DNA of 64,000 nucleotides from Paraphysomonas bandaiensis (GCA_965644295.1 CBFFRP010000136.1:230905-294904); one strand, 5' to 3'; positions 25,927-38,944 are shown, numbered from the stretch's first letter. Numbers and translations are program-made. Notes: a model not told the origin generated them from the letters alone.

Positions 25927-26393
25927 CCTCTGCATTGGTTCTTTGCGAGAAAGACTAATATAAACTCACTGATATAGCAGGAATAACGTGGAGCCTATGT
26001 GATAATTCCAAATGTAGTTGCAGAATTAACTTGTTGCAACTATCTGGACTTTAAGACGATGATAACCACTGTGTGTGTGTATGTATATGTGCATATATGT
26101 GTATGAACAGTGCGTGTGTGTATGCAATATCATACCACAGCAGTGAATACAATGTGTGCATCACTGTATATTGCTGTATACACTACCATACCCATCATCA
26201 CTCATCACCCCCACTTGTCCAGGCCCAAATTATTTCAGTTTTTTAACATTCTGTCTGTTGAGGATATATATATTCAGTGTCGAACTAAGATAGTCAACAG
26301 ACAGCAGTGAGAATGCTATTGCATCCACAACTAGCCTGTATTGTTGTTTTCCCATAGCTGTTATTAACATACTGGTGAACAACGCCTTATATC

Positions 26394-27429
26394 ATGGCGA
26401 GTCAACTGATGAATCGAACTGGAAATGCTGCAAAAAACATGGCGAAGGCTGTGTTCCAACAGCAGAATCGCAGCCTATCTGCAACTGCCAATGTGTGGGT
26501 TGATAAAAACACAAAGGTGATTTGCCAGGGTTTCACTGGAAAGCAGGGAACTTTTCACTCTGAGCAAGCGATTGCATATGGAACGAAAATGGTTGGAGGC
26601 GTCACCCCTAATAAGGGTGGATCAACTCATCTTGGCCTTCCAGTGTTTAACACTGTCGCTGAGGCCGTTGATGGAGTCAAGCCTGATGCCACTGTCATAT
26701 ATGTGCCTCCCAAGTTTGCAGCGGATGCTATTATTGATGCTGTTAAGAACGAAATAGCACTTATTGTTTGTATTACCGAGGGAATTCCCCAGCAGGACAT
26801 GGTCAAGGTTGGTGATATGTAGTCAGCTAAACAGACCTGATGTGCTTTTTCTCCAGGTGAAGTGGCACCTGAACCAGCAGACTGCTAGTAGATTGATCGG
26901 CCCCAACTGTCCTGGAATTATCAAGCCGGAAGAATGCAAGATTGGTATTATGCCTGGTTATATCCATAAGAAGGGAAAAATCGGAGTCGTGAGCAGGTCC
27001 GGTACCCTCACTTATGAAGCAGTCTCCCAGACTACCGAGGTTGGTCTCGGACAGAGTACTTGCGTCGGCATCGGAGGTGATCCTTTCAATGGAACCAATT
27101 TCATAGACTGTTTGGAGCGATTCACACACGACCCGGAGACTGAAGGTATCATCATGATTGGGGAGATCGGTGGAAGTGCTGAGGAGGACGCAGCCGAATG
27201 GTTGAAGGAATACGGTGATCCCAGCAAACCTGTTGTTGGATTCATTGCAGGAACCACAGCTCCTCCTGGTCGTCGAATGGGGCATGCTGGTGCCATTGTC
27301 TCTGGCGGAAAGGGCACGGCAGCCGCTAAGTTTGCTGCATTGAATGATGCCGGTGTTCACATTTCTAGGTCCCCTGCTGATCTCGGAGTCACCATGCTCA
27401 AGGCAATGAAAGACGCTGGCAAAGCATAA
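26394..27429 (+). CDS. SUCLG1: Succinyl-CoA ligase alpha subunit, mitochondrial (intron 26808-26856)
   Basis: [41 protein letters not shown] (phospho-His). Confidence 0.98.
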
Positions 27430-27966
27430 GCGACCCATATATTAGATGGTTGTGTTTGTCATATAGGAATGGTTAGGGGTTTGGGCGTTATAACTCACTG
27501 TTTACATAAACAAAATATGAGCAATTTCAATTTTCTGACAATTTCTTCCGAATGAAATAAGTCTGGGTCTCTGTAGTTTAATTAAACATTAAAGCTATAC
27601 AATAGTTCCAGTTTGAGACGTATTTACAACTAAGTACTTCAAGAAATGAAACGTGCTGAGTTGAACTGTACGATATGATATATTAAATATTGTGCAACCG
27701 CAGTGAAATAGTGATTTCGTCGTTGCGTGGTGTGTAGGGTGGATATAGTTGCCAACGAAGTGTATGCAATTACTGATGCATATTTCAAAATCAAAATACT
27801 TATGGTTAGGATCATATATGTCGTGGTATGTGTGTAGATACGTAGTTACAAGTTACATATCTGATATATGGTAGACGGTAGAATGTAGAATGGTAGACAG
27901 TAGACAGATGTTAATGAGGGCAGATGTTCACAACATGTCCACACGTTACATGTACCTATTGTGAAG

Positions 27967-28302
27967 TGTTGGGATTTAGCGTTTATAATTCTACTTGAAA
28001 TAAAGTTGTGTGCAACAATGCAAGTTAGAGGTTAACTTCAGTGCAATGTGTACAGTCCAATTTTCAACAATTAAGGGGCAAGGCGATGCTAAATAGTGAA
28101 TGTAGAATATTTAATTCTATGTACTGGAATACTATGACGTATACTATATAGTGTTACTAAGTTGTTACTAAGTGTGAATAGAAGTAAGTGTTACTAAGTA
28201 GCTCAAAGTAGCTAATTTCTGATCATTAATTAGGCGCGCATATAACAACGCGCCACGCAAACCGTTTACTTAGGGAACACTACTCATAACGTTCATTCAA
28301 CA
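27967..28302 (+). repeat. Possible solo LTR
   Basis: TGTTG...CAACA termini about 336 bp apart and internal GTTACTAAGT repeats. No matching TSD found. Confidence 0.35.
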
Positions 28303-28598
28303 TATACGAAAAGGAGGGTAGTGAAATGAAGTTAAGGGAACACCAGCCACCTTGCTGAGAGGTTCTTGTGTAAGTTGTGATATTACTACACACTAAACTA
28401 TACTTTGCTGCAGCAAAGAGAATCCTGCATATTATGCTCTTCTTAAAGTTCGTTACTGCATGCTAGTTTACAGTAACATTACAAATTTTTACATATTCAA
28501 GTAATATCTCTGACACAAGTGCTTTATTATATAAATCATTATCACGCGCTCCAGATAGATCGGTTTTTCTTTGTGTAATAATCTAATAGTCAAAACTA

Positions 28599-29671
28599 TT
28601 ATTTTTTGCCTGACGTATTTTTTAGGACAAGTACCCCAAGCATAATTGCGATAAGAAATACGAGTACTATAATACAACGCATAGGAAGAGCTGACTTCTG
28701 ATAGTTTTCTGCCTTCTCTAGCTGTATAATGCCTTCTTTGGTGTGCTCCAAAACCTGCTCCATATTGTAGTCGATTCTGTCAAGAATGGTACCCTGATCA
28801 ATCACAAGGACAGCAAGCTCCTTAAATATCTGTGCAAGTTCCTCGATGGACTTAGCAATACGTGTAATTTCTTCATCGCGTTGATTTACAAGCTCCTCCG
28901 TGTCGTCAAGAATCTGCATCTGTGCCGCAGTGAACCCTGTGTCGACTTCAGCAAGGCCAGACTTCTTTTCATTTGACAGGAAATCAAACGCCTGCGCACC
29001 ACTTCCAGATTTCTGGGCCTGCAATCTTGACAGGTATTCCTACAGGATAGTATATAAGTTTTTAACTTCACCATTAAAGGTCTATATACCTTTTGACTTC
29101 CACGGAAGGACATGCTAAGGCCCTGTAACTTCTTAGCCATTGACCGCTGCATGTTGGCACGAACTGTGAGTTCCTGCTGTGACACATTTGCTTCATCCCC
29201 CTGACTTCCAAATCTTTTCAGTAGCCCTTCTGCATGTCGGAATATATCAGTTATGTCCTGCGTGAGTATATCGATTTCACGCTCTTGAACAACTTCATCT
29301 GTCTCAAAATTGACCATCAATCGCTTCGTATGTAGTGCGCTAAGCTCCCTCACTAATCAATAATTAGACAAATAATGCGCAAACTATGCATGATAATACT
29401 TTTGCTTTGTATTCTGGCAATGTCTGCTTCGGCCTGTTCGATACCATCAACCCACAGAGGTGGAAGCGTATCTTTAGCAGCTTTCCAATTGCTACTATTG
29501 TCAGTCCCCTGCTGATAACAAATAAAAACCACCATACAGAATACACATTTATCTTACCAGAAGTCCACTATCGGATGATTCGTCCTTACTGTCGTACGAG
29601 CGGATGGTTCGATTAGCTTTAGCGGCATTTCGAATCTCAACAAATCGACGAGTTAAATTACGTGTTGTCAT
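28599..29671 (-). CDS. STX16: Syntaxin-16/Tlg2/SYP4-type Qa-SNARE (4 exons)
   Basis: N-peptide MTTRNLTRRF, LPPLWVD, SNARE motif FKELAVLVIDQGTILDRIDYNME, and a C-terminal TM helix. Confidence 0.93.
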
Positions 29672-30059
29672 TTCTCCTTGCTGTGATAGATCAGTTAAAA
29701 TTAGGATGTTAACGATCTACTACTCAGATAAGGATGACAGACTGACTGCGATGGTTGTTAGTCGGCCTGCTGTACTGTATGGTGCCTTGACACTCTATGT
29801 GTGTATACATACAGCATACAGCAGCAGTGTGACCTGCTGGAGGGACACTGACCTGCTGTATACCTCAGTATACACCACGGTATATTCTGTACTATATCTG
29901 TATACCGGTATATGCAGCACTACAGAGTCCTTTAAAATCCACCAGGTGCGGATATATATACATACATGAGACACATGACGATAACATACTGCGAGCTCCC
30001 CCTGCAACTGTAACTATCACGGTACATGCATCAATAGCAATTGGTTTGTTCTTATCAAA

Positions 30060-31072
30060 ATGCTGGCATACTTCACACTGATAGTGTCAATCATATGCAT
30101 ATGCTGGACAAGAAGTGAGTCTGCTGTGGACTTTGTTCAAGTGGCCCCTCAAGATATGAAGTCTCTGAGTTTCGGCTTATCGATATGTATTATGGAAGGC
30201 TCTGTTTCATATTTTAAAGGAGTAACTGGATATCTGACACCTGTATGTGTTATCGCTTATGTGTTATGGTCTCATGGTCTCAACTGTACAGATGGACTGC
30301 GCTGTGTTAAGTTATTTTACTGAAGGCGCTGCTATGACATGGAAAGATCAGGACAAAGAGTCAAGAAATAGTGACGGGATTATATATGCTGAAACAGGAA
30401 GTTTTAAAGGTTTGTCATCTCATGTTATTGCACATGCGGCGGAGCATTATGGAGTCCCTGCCTTGATATATGCCCATGATATATTCGATGGTGGGACTGG
30501 CATTTCACTGACAACTGGCAACAAGTCCATATGGGATTCAGATGTCGCTGGCTTTGAATCGGCCTTTCAAAATGAAAGTACTGAGGCGCCCACTAGATTA
30601 GAGGAGTTTTATACGAATGTGAAAAGAAACCGTTTACAGCGAACTATATTACCAATTGCTGGTGGGCATATAAGTACACAATATAGCTGTGTTAATATCG
30701 TTTCAGGCCCCTCTGCTGAAACGTTGCGTATTCATGACAATGATTACTTGGACTTGGTGTTTCTGGATGGGGATCACACTTACCAAGGTATGGCCCATAC
30801 ATATGTATCTGTGCTAGAGTTGTACACTTAAGAATGCATCAGGAACTCTGAAAGATCTCATAGCTGTATGGCCTAAATTAAAACCTGGAGCGTGGCTTCT
30901 GGGACATGACTGTTTGCCTATACCTGTTGCTGACAGCGTACAAGAATCTCTTCAGGATGTCAATGGAGTTAGGCGTGCTGTCCTGGACTTTGCTGAGTCG
31001 CGGGGCTTGCAGCCAATGCTAATTTCTGACACTCATTATATGTATGCCTTTGAGAAACCGCGGAATATATAA
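30060..31072 (+). CDS. Class I SAM-dependent methyltransferase (Methyltransf_24-like) with N-terminal signal/anchor
   Basis: ETGSFKGLS, LDLVFLDGDHTYQG, W..LKPG.WL.GHD, GVRRAV. It has about three short introns. Confidence 0.85.
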
Positions 31073-31264
31073 ATCAATTCGTGTTTTGGCATTCAATATT
31101 AATGAATTCTAACTGTTATATTGATGTCAGTCGCAAGTGTATATGTGCTTACAAAAATGAGCTCACCATTAGTCAATAAATTATGCACACTTTCCTCATT
31201 GGATGTAATGTTATATTATGTTAGTCAAGCAATAAAATATGAAATTACCACAGTAACACGTCTA

Positions 31265-32223
31265 TTAGTTAACAACATATGCTATATACAGTGCAGGCAG
31301 TTGATAATAGCGATAGGTTTTGTCTGTAGCCCTCGCTTTGCCTTTAAAATGAGTCAACGTCCAAAATACTTCGTACGGGGGAAGTGTGGCAAAGCCTCCT
31401 GCCCGAAGTAACATGTCCAGTATATTCCGCAATCTGTAGTAGGCGTGTGCAGGCCTAGTGCTGACCGAGTCAGCAGTCAAACCATATATCGCAGCAACGG
31501 GTGCCAGTGTTGGTTCTTCTGTGGAGCGATCGACGAATTGATCTCTTGGAGTTTGAAATAGCGACAACTGAATGTGTCGACTTTCTGTTCGTTGACGCCC
31601 TTTGTCGTCAACTGAGGTGCCAGTTTCAATATGGAGATCAAAACAAAGAGGCGCTGAGATCATGCATGAATCAGCGGCGACATATACTGACCCATGCCCT
31701 GCCTGACCTCGTACCCAGGTCTGCCAAGGGCGAACGCTCGGATTACTCTGCTCGCCGTAGGAGCAGGTAGATCTGAGCATGTTCGCGCATCCTCGGCTGC
31801 CCTGAAAGTAGCGAGGTCTTGCGGGGTAGGGAGTAGAATTGGAAACCCTAATTCATTAATTAGATAATGTATTATTCCAAAGAACGCCGTGTTGTCTTTC
31901 AGTTTCAGGTTACTGACCGCTAGAGTTCTGTATTCCATGGCTGGTGCGAAGCTGCTCCATTCCAAGAACGTGCGAGTAGATGGAAGCTGAAGTCTGGGCA
32001 CGTCGGCTTTGGATTTCTTGAAATCCGATAGGGCGTTCTTAACATGCGCATCATTGTCCATCAGTTGATGGGAGGGAGGGAGGACAAACTTCGAGGTGTA
32101 AGTTCGTTTGTTAGAGGGAGTGGCTCCACGTTGCATATTGTACCAGGTGGTTGTTGGAAGGAGGATGAATTGAGTATTATATAATTGAGGATGAAAGATT
32201 TTGAGTACTTTGGTTATTGTCAA
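31265..32223 (-). other. Frameshifted ORF pair of unknown function, possibly retroelement ORF1-like
   Basis: Two overlapping ORFs (187 and 171 aa) in different frames lie next to TE debris. No recognisable motif. Confidence 0.35.
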
Positions 32224-32376
32224 ACTCTAGCAAACGATTTGTATGTGTATGCAAGCACACTCTCTGATAGTACTATTTAGTAGAGTAATACAATAATTTT
32301 AATTGATTTGGACGTAAATATATTACTTCTTATAAGTGTGGTTACTGACTGTGGTTAATGAGTGTGGTTAAGACCA

Positions 32377-32538
32377 AATGTAAAAAGGTTTCTTGGAATC
32401 GTCATCATTATACAACATTAATATTCTTCATTACCTCTGTCTAAATTATATTAACAATAAACATGAGGTTTTCATGATGAAATTTTTAAAAAGTCCCAAA
32501 TTTAGAAATTTTTCCCAAGTTTGAAAAAAGTTTGCTTT
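32377..32538. repeat. ~160-bp dispersed repeat, copy 2
   Basis: Matches 262-421. Confidence 0.9.
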
Positions 32539-32710
32539 AAGTATGTTTCCAAAGGGTGGTTATACAGGAGGTGCACATATAAGTGGGAAATGCGGTGGTG
32601 ATAGTGTGTGGTGTGTAGTCAACGGGTTTGACTGGAAGAGTACAGCTTGATACGCCGTATATTGTGCAGAGCGACTGTATTTGCGTATACCACGTATAGA
32701 GCTAGACTAA

Positions 32711-34434
32711 ACCATAGTCTGTAACCATAGTCTGCAACCAATGATATAAAGTGGAATTATTACAACACTGAGTAAACCAATCACGGTACCCCTCTATTCT
32801 ATAGTTTCCTTAGATAGAGTATCAGCATGTGTGTACAGTTCGCTAGCTAACGCGTTACAGAAACTATAATAATCAATACTATTTGTATCTATCGAACGAA
32901 TATTACAATACGCATGGAATGTATTTTGCAGAACACAGCCGAACGCAAACGAGCTAAACTTTCCTCTTTCGCCTAGATGCCCTCCACCACCATGCCGATG
33001 AGGCCATATCCTCTCTTTAATCTGTAAATTGAATACATCACATGCTGCAAACATCTTACCATAGTCGGAGCACACAGGCACAGAATTGGTGGTAGACCTC
33101 GTAGGTGATCTATGATAAGCATTGGACAAGGCGGTATATTTCTTGCCATCCTTCGTATAAGAATGAACTATGAGTTCTTTACGCTGTTGATTCCACAGTC
33201 CATTCCACTGTCCTCGTATATTAACACCTTCACGAACTTTACGAGTGAGTGCTTGGAAGCGCTGTGGATTCACAGCCCCGATATATTTTACTTTCTTCCT
33301 TGCAAGTCCCTCTCGTGCAGCTTCATCAAGATAATACGAGTCGAATACAAGAACAGTGCTACTCATTCGTGTAGAATTAAAAGAGTGTATGATTTTGCCC
33401 CAGTGTTCCACTACAGCGCTGACAGGTATAGACTCTCCTAGATCAGCTATCGCATCATGCAACCACATGTCCAGCATGTATGCGTGTTTATTGGAGAGCT
33501 TCACACACAACTCATACACCCACAAGCCCATTCGTTCAGGCTTCATATAAACTACTCTTATATTAGGACTATAGCCTATAAATCACTTGTTAACAATAGT
33601 ATTCAATTGATCAATATACACACCTGAGAAATGCAGCAACTTCTCATCGCCAGCTACAACATTGCCAATACCACGTAAAATAGATCTAAAATTATGAGAC
33701 AACTGCTTTGAATATCGACTATCAAATAAAAAGTTCGTTGTCACAATTTCCATGAATCGTATGCCCAGAGAATCAATCCTTGGATAACAATCCTTAAAGT
33801 GGTCTCGGTACCATATAAGTTGCTCACGCAATGGTCGCGAATGACGTATTACACCTCTTGGGGCATGTTGTTCTCCATAAATTCGAATCCAAATTGCAAG
33901 AAGCTTATATATAGAACACAATGAAAGCAAAATTACTGATCCACAGTCATATGTCAAGTCGGCAGGGTCAATATCCTGGGCTATTTTCGTCACAAGGGGT
34001 ACTGTAACAAAACGCAAGAATATCTTGAGGAAGCTGGCAGTGCGAAAATTAAACGTAGGGTATCGATCTGCATCAACCGTATGAGGCAGATGGAATGACT
34101 CATTGGCCGAATCAACTGGTCTCCAACGCCCAATGATCTCTATTTCCTGAGCACGCTCTGAGCTTCTTGTCGCGCCATCTTCATCGTTGCAAAGAGAACC
34201 TGATTTGCGCTTTCGAAATGCCATGTCAAACTATGAGTGAATGGGGGATATAATGAACTTACCAGCACATTAATTTGACCTGCAATTCGCTGACTCAACA
34301 CTGTGATATAAAGTGTGAAGTGTGGATCACATTGTCTGATTTCGACTGATTTTATGACAGTTATTTTATGTATGAAAATCGACGTTATTTTCAGTTTTTT
34401 TTCTATTTTTTTCAGTATGGTTGCAGACTATGGT
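32711..34434 (-). mobile_element. piggyBac-like DNA transposon with 17-bp TIRs
   Basis: ACCATAGTCTG(T/C)AACCA at 32711 and 32724; TGGTTGCAGACTATGGT at 34418-34434. Flanks are CTAA and TTAA. Confidence 0.8.
32794..34224 (-). CDS. piggyBac-family (DDE_Tnp_1_7) transposase, 460 aa, one 48-nt intron (33576-33623)
   Basis: VAGDEKL..FSG|YSP....MKPERMGL, VFDSYY and Y...F.ACDVFN supply the DDD triad. The ORF is intact after splicing. Confidence 0.85.
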
Positions 34435-34999
34435 TTAATCTAAGCATAGTAGTCATCCAATGAGATGTGTAGACTGTATGAATGATAGGTAAGCCGTGAA
34501 AGGTGGGGGATTGCTTGGTGAGTGCACCATGTAAAGGCCATGTGGAGTGGGTTTGTGCGGTCGCCAAGAAATGGTCCTGTCTTACAAAAAGTAACGGGGT
34601 CGATGGAGAATAAAGGTGTTCGAGAATGAACAAGTGCACTTTTTCCGAGTGCCTACCCGCACGAGCCATGCGATGAGTGGTTGTAACCGTGTAGAGAACG
34701 GTGTGTGAGACAGATATGTCTACAAGGGAGATGTCCAATAGGAACTGACAGCGCTGCAGTGGTGCAGGCACTTAGTTTAACTGACGGCGTTAGTGAAAAG
34801 AATGGTTGCAAAGCCACGTTATCTAACGGGGAGCATGTACAACATGGTAAGACAAGGTGTTTGTCGGCAGTGTGGTGTGTTTCAAAATGCAGCCCTGCTT
34901 GGAGAGAAGGGAACAGTCTGAGCCCGGACCGCTGATGGGACACAACCACGGTCTCAATGGAGACATTGAGCTTGGAGCGAGTTAAAAAGGTGTAACTTT

Positions 35000-35967
35000 T
35001 TGTTGGACTGTGTTTTTACCAGAAGAGCGGGAATTTATGTATAGAGTAGTATACAGCTGCTCCAGATCCCTCCTTGTTTCCAGCGCAGTTTGCAACTTGT
35101 TTTTTGGGAAACGTCAGTTGGTGGTTTGCCGAGTTCGGTCAATTTTTGGACAATCCTATTCAACCGACCAACGGCTGTGCACACCAGCTCACCCCGCGGA
35201 ATTCTGAGACGTAAACTGTTAGAGTTCAACTCCACCAATTCGTATTGGATTTCCTCACATTCATCATACTTTCGAAATTTTCCTTATTAAATTTCACTGA
35301 TAATAAATAAGACATTGCTAATAATAAAGCACGAGACCTAATGACATTTTGTTTTACCTATTCACTTGCTCACATCTCCTTATCAGATACATGAAGTGGA
35401 AGTATAATATCCTTCTCTCGGAAATATTGATCGACGATTTTGAGAGCCTCAGCCATGGGTTAAACAGCTTCAAAAGATGGAGCTGATGCAGGTGTCTTTC
35501 CTCTCCACCCACTTGTTGAGGCCTGTTTATACTTGTTTTTTACAGCTTTGGATGCATTGTCTCCAATCCAAAATGATTCCTGTTCTTCCTCATAAGCCGA
35601 ACGCTCAATCGATTCGTCCAGTTCACCACACCGAACTCGTCGGACTTCGGGCGGTGTTTCCACCCCGAACAATTTGCAGAACTACCATCCGCTACCGTAT
35701 CAAATTTTGACATTTTGTGAGAAGTATTGACTTAATAACTGAAGACAAACTTATACTCAATGATGAGAATTATAAATTATATTTAATATCTCTTATCATT
35801 CACCAATTTTATGTTGTCTCTACTACCACTCATACCTCGCACGATCTTACTTCGTCACTATAACTTGCATAGTCATAACATTCTGTTTCACTACTATATA
35901 CTTATCGTCATTCATTCTCACAGTACGATCAATAAGAGTACAACTCTATACTACTGTAATTCAAATA
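35000..35967 (-). mobile_element. Degenerate Copia 5' end (LTR ~35698-35967, PBS, gag)
   Basis: Fragments LMRKNRNHFGLE, WVERKDTCISSIFEA and RLNRIVQKLTELGKP align by eye with the gag at 41156. ATG at 35713 lies inside the putative LTR and is followed by CGGTAGCG. Confidence 0.7.
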
Positions 35968-35974
35968 CCTTATG

Positions 35975-36128
35975 TAATTAAGTTATTATAAATAAGATAT
36001 AAAGTTAAATTGGCAAAGAGAGAGAATTACAACCTAACAGGTTGTAATTGGAAACTTTCGAAGAAAAAGCCCCAATGTTTGGGGTTGGGGTTAGAAAAAG
36101 GCTCGTCCTTCCGCCTCCTTGTTTTTTT
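35975..36128. repeat. Orphan copy of the hairpin-rich terminus of the right-end virus-like element
   Basis: Reverse-complement homology to 62916-63050, with the stems AATTACAACC/GGTTGTAATT and GCCCC/GGGG conserved. Confidence 0.8.
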
Positions 36129-36488
36129 TATAACAACTACAGCTTTCAATTGCTCTCATATAACAGAACTCAACATAAACATAATTTCTAGTTTCTTATT
36201 ATTAAGTGCAAACACATCAGTAAGAAGCATTGTATTGTCGGTAAGATAGAACCTACTAAGCTTCGCTTACCACGGCGAAGCACATATAATTTTGACTGAC
36301 CAACACACAGTGTATGCGCATTATTCACAGTAAAAGCTTATGGTCGGTATACTACAAGTGTATATATTGTTTGCATATAACTAGTATTGCATAACCAACT
36401 AACCCATACTTCCAGTCAATGACAGATTGGACAGCTTTACCGCAATATAGTTTTGTAATTTCTTGTTACTGTACTGGGCTATACCATT

Positions 36489-38944
36489 TTACTCCTGCGA
36501 TGTACGCTTTCTCATGCTTTTGTATTCACGCAGCCCCTTCAAATTATCACGGAAAGATTTAGTACTTTTCATGGATAATGCAGATGGGATTTCCGCGGGG
36601 GCCATAACTTCCTCGGATGCTTTTCCATTTGCAATGACGGCTCGATACTTCTCCTGATCTTCCTCATTCATCCAGAAGCTCGTTTCATCACGAAGATTAA
36701 ACCAAAATAAATTATTTGTAGCTTTATCGACAAGCCCAATCTGATGAAAAATTTAACTACATCTTATATTTCAATCATATCACCTACCCAATGGTCTCGC
36801 TTGTCATTTATCTTAGAGCGGAAAATTTTATTAAACTCCTCTAATGCTTCCTCCCAAGATATACTTCCATCGTTATTGTCATCCCACTCGTTCTAAAAAC
36901 ATATTATTCATGAACAATCATATTTCAGAAGAACATGTACGATACCTCCATGAGTGCCCTATCACCGTCAGTTAGCCCCAAAACAGTCGTCAGAATATGC
37001 CAAAACTCATCCATATTAAGCGTGCCATTCTTATCAACATCAAAAGCATCAAATGAATCCTTCAGGTAAGTAACGAGACTCGGAGAAAGGTTCTCTTCAT
37101 GAATCACATTTTCAGCTGCCCACGCTTCATACTCGCCCCAGAGTCTTTCCAATTCGGCGGCATTTTCTTCCCACAACTGTGCAATTTTATCTTCTACTGT
37201 CATTCCTTGTCCTTGAATTACATCAATCAAGCTGTCCGCTAATTCGTTGACAACTTCCGCGTAGGTAATGGTGCCATCTTCGTCGTAGTCCACCCACTTC
37301 TGTATTGCTTCAATTTCGGTATCAGTGTATCCAACATTTAAATGCTTAAGAGTACTTGCAAACTCTGTAACATCAAGAGTGCCTGAATCATCGATATCAT
37401 CCTGTTTAAAACGTTCAAGCAAGTATTCACAGATTAATCTGAATTTATCGTCTTCCCCCATTGTGTCGCGCTTAGAGGACCCAGACAGAACAGCAGCAAC
37501 CTCTGTATCAAGATCACTTGCAGTAGGCGGCGTATCGATCTCTAATTTTTGAGCTTGTACTTGTTGATCTGAGGTAGTTATATCAGCCACGGGGGCTCCA
37601 CCTTCATCTTTCGGGGCCTCATCGGTATTGGTAGCTGGCTTATCAGAGTTTAAGCACTCCACACCACGCATTGACGGTGTGGGTAAAAGAGGAATTTTAT
37701 TCTTTTCGCTTAATCCTTGTTTGGCTTCTGCTTCAGATAAATATTGTGTAACAGTGTTATGTTCAGCTTCAACTAGATCACGGAGTTCTTCAACTTTTTG
37801 ACTGTCCTCCACGAGTGATTCCAAATTTCCATTGCAATCTTCAATCATGGTCGCAATCTTGCTCTCGTTTCCACCATCATATGTTGGGCTTGACAGCCAC
37901 GCAATGACAGACTTCTTAAAATTCCCTGTCAATGATGCTCCAAGTTTGGTCAATAAATTTTCATTGTACAGCCTTTCATACACAGTAAGTACTTCCTGTA
38001 GTGTGGACTTTAAATATTTCGTTGCCAAGTGACAAGTGTGATCAAAATCCACAACAGTACTGTTGAGAGAGAGGTGAAACAAGCTGGCAATTGAAGCGTA
38101 GAGGGGAGCAATCCATAGTATAAGAGCACGGGCACAGCTTCCTGCAAACTTCGATGTAAGAGCTGCTTCTAATGTCATATTATGTGCCTTGACATAAGCT
38201 TCACTTATCAGCTCACAATGCTTTCGAGAACTGGAACATAGTATTGAAAATATTGTATCTTCATCTTTGCCCACTTCCCTTCCAACTCCAGCAGCATGGA
38301 TTTCTTTCATGTGCTCGACAGCAGTTCCATTGTCAAACACACTTTCGTCGCTTCTAGATGCTGATAGAATCTTTATTATAAACTTCTGAAAGGATGAGCC
38401 CTCCAATGTCTTGCTCTTTATAGTAGACTGTAGAGACTCTTTGTGTGACTTATTATAGTAATCCTGGGCTTCCATCATTTCGTGATTCGAACAGGCACAT
38501 AGGACATCTGCAAGTAAAGGCTCGTCACAGCCAATAGACTTAAGTGCCGTTTCAAGAAGTTCCGAGCTTATTTGCTCTCGCTTCAAAACTAACAGCCTCA
38601 TGAACTCTCCATAGTTTCCACCCAGCATACCTTGTATTTCTTCATCTAATGGCTTATTATGTCCGCCATCTTCATGAGATTTAGTATATATAGTAGCCAC
38701 ACGTTGCAACTGACTTTTGGTTCGCTCTGTTAGAGTGGATATGATCAGCTTATGATTCTTCCACGCTTGGGAGGCCTGAATCTTCAAAAAACGAGCATCG
38801 TACGTCGCTATTTTCTCTTTCACCTCTTCACTGAGCTGATACGTCTTCCTGGAACAAGATATGACATATGGTTATCATGAAAATAGTGGATAACCTTATA
38901 TCTTCTGGAATTCTATTAGCATCTATACTCCCCGATGCCCCCAT
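36489..38944 (-). CDS. N-myristoylated annexin - 4x EF-hand - WW fusion protein (4 exons)
   Basis: MGASGS start. Annexin repeats (GNYGEF..LL, ALKSIGCDEPLLADVLC, GKDEDTIFSIL, LTGNFKK). EF loops DIDDSGTLDVTE, DYDEDGTITYAE, DVDKNGTLNMDE, DDNNDGSISWEE. WW-like HWIGLVDKATNNLFWFNLRDETSFW. Confidence 0.85.

Noticed and set aside
26827-27438. Long antisense ORFs over SUCLG1 (and similarly over MDH, RPS7, AspRS, CFAP52)
   Set aside because: These are codon-bias shadows of conserved genes.
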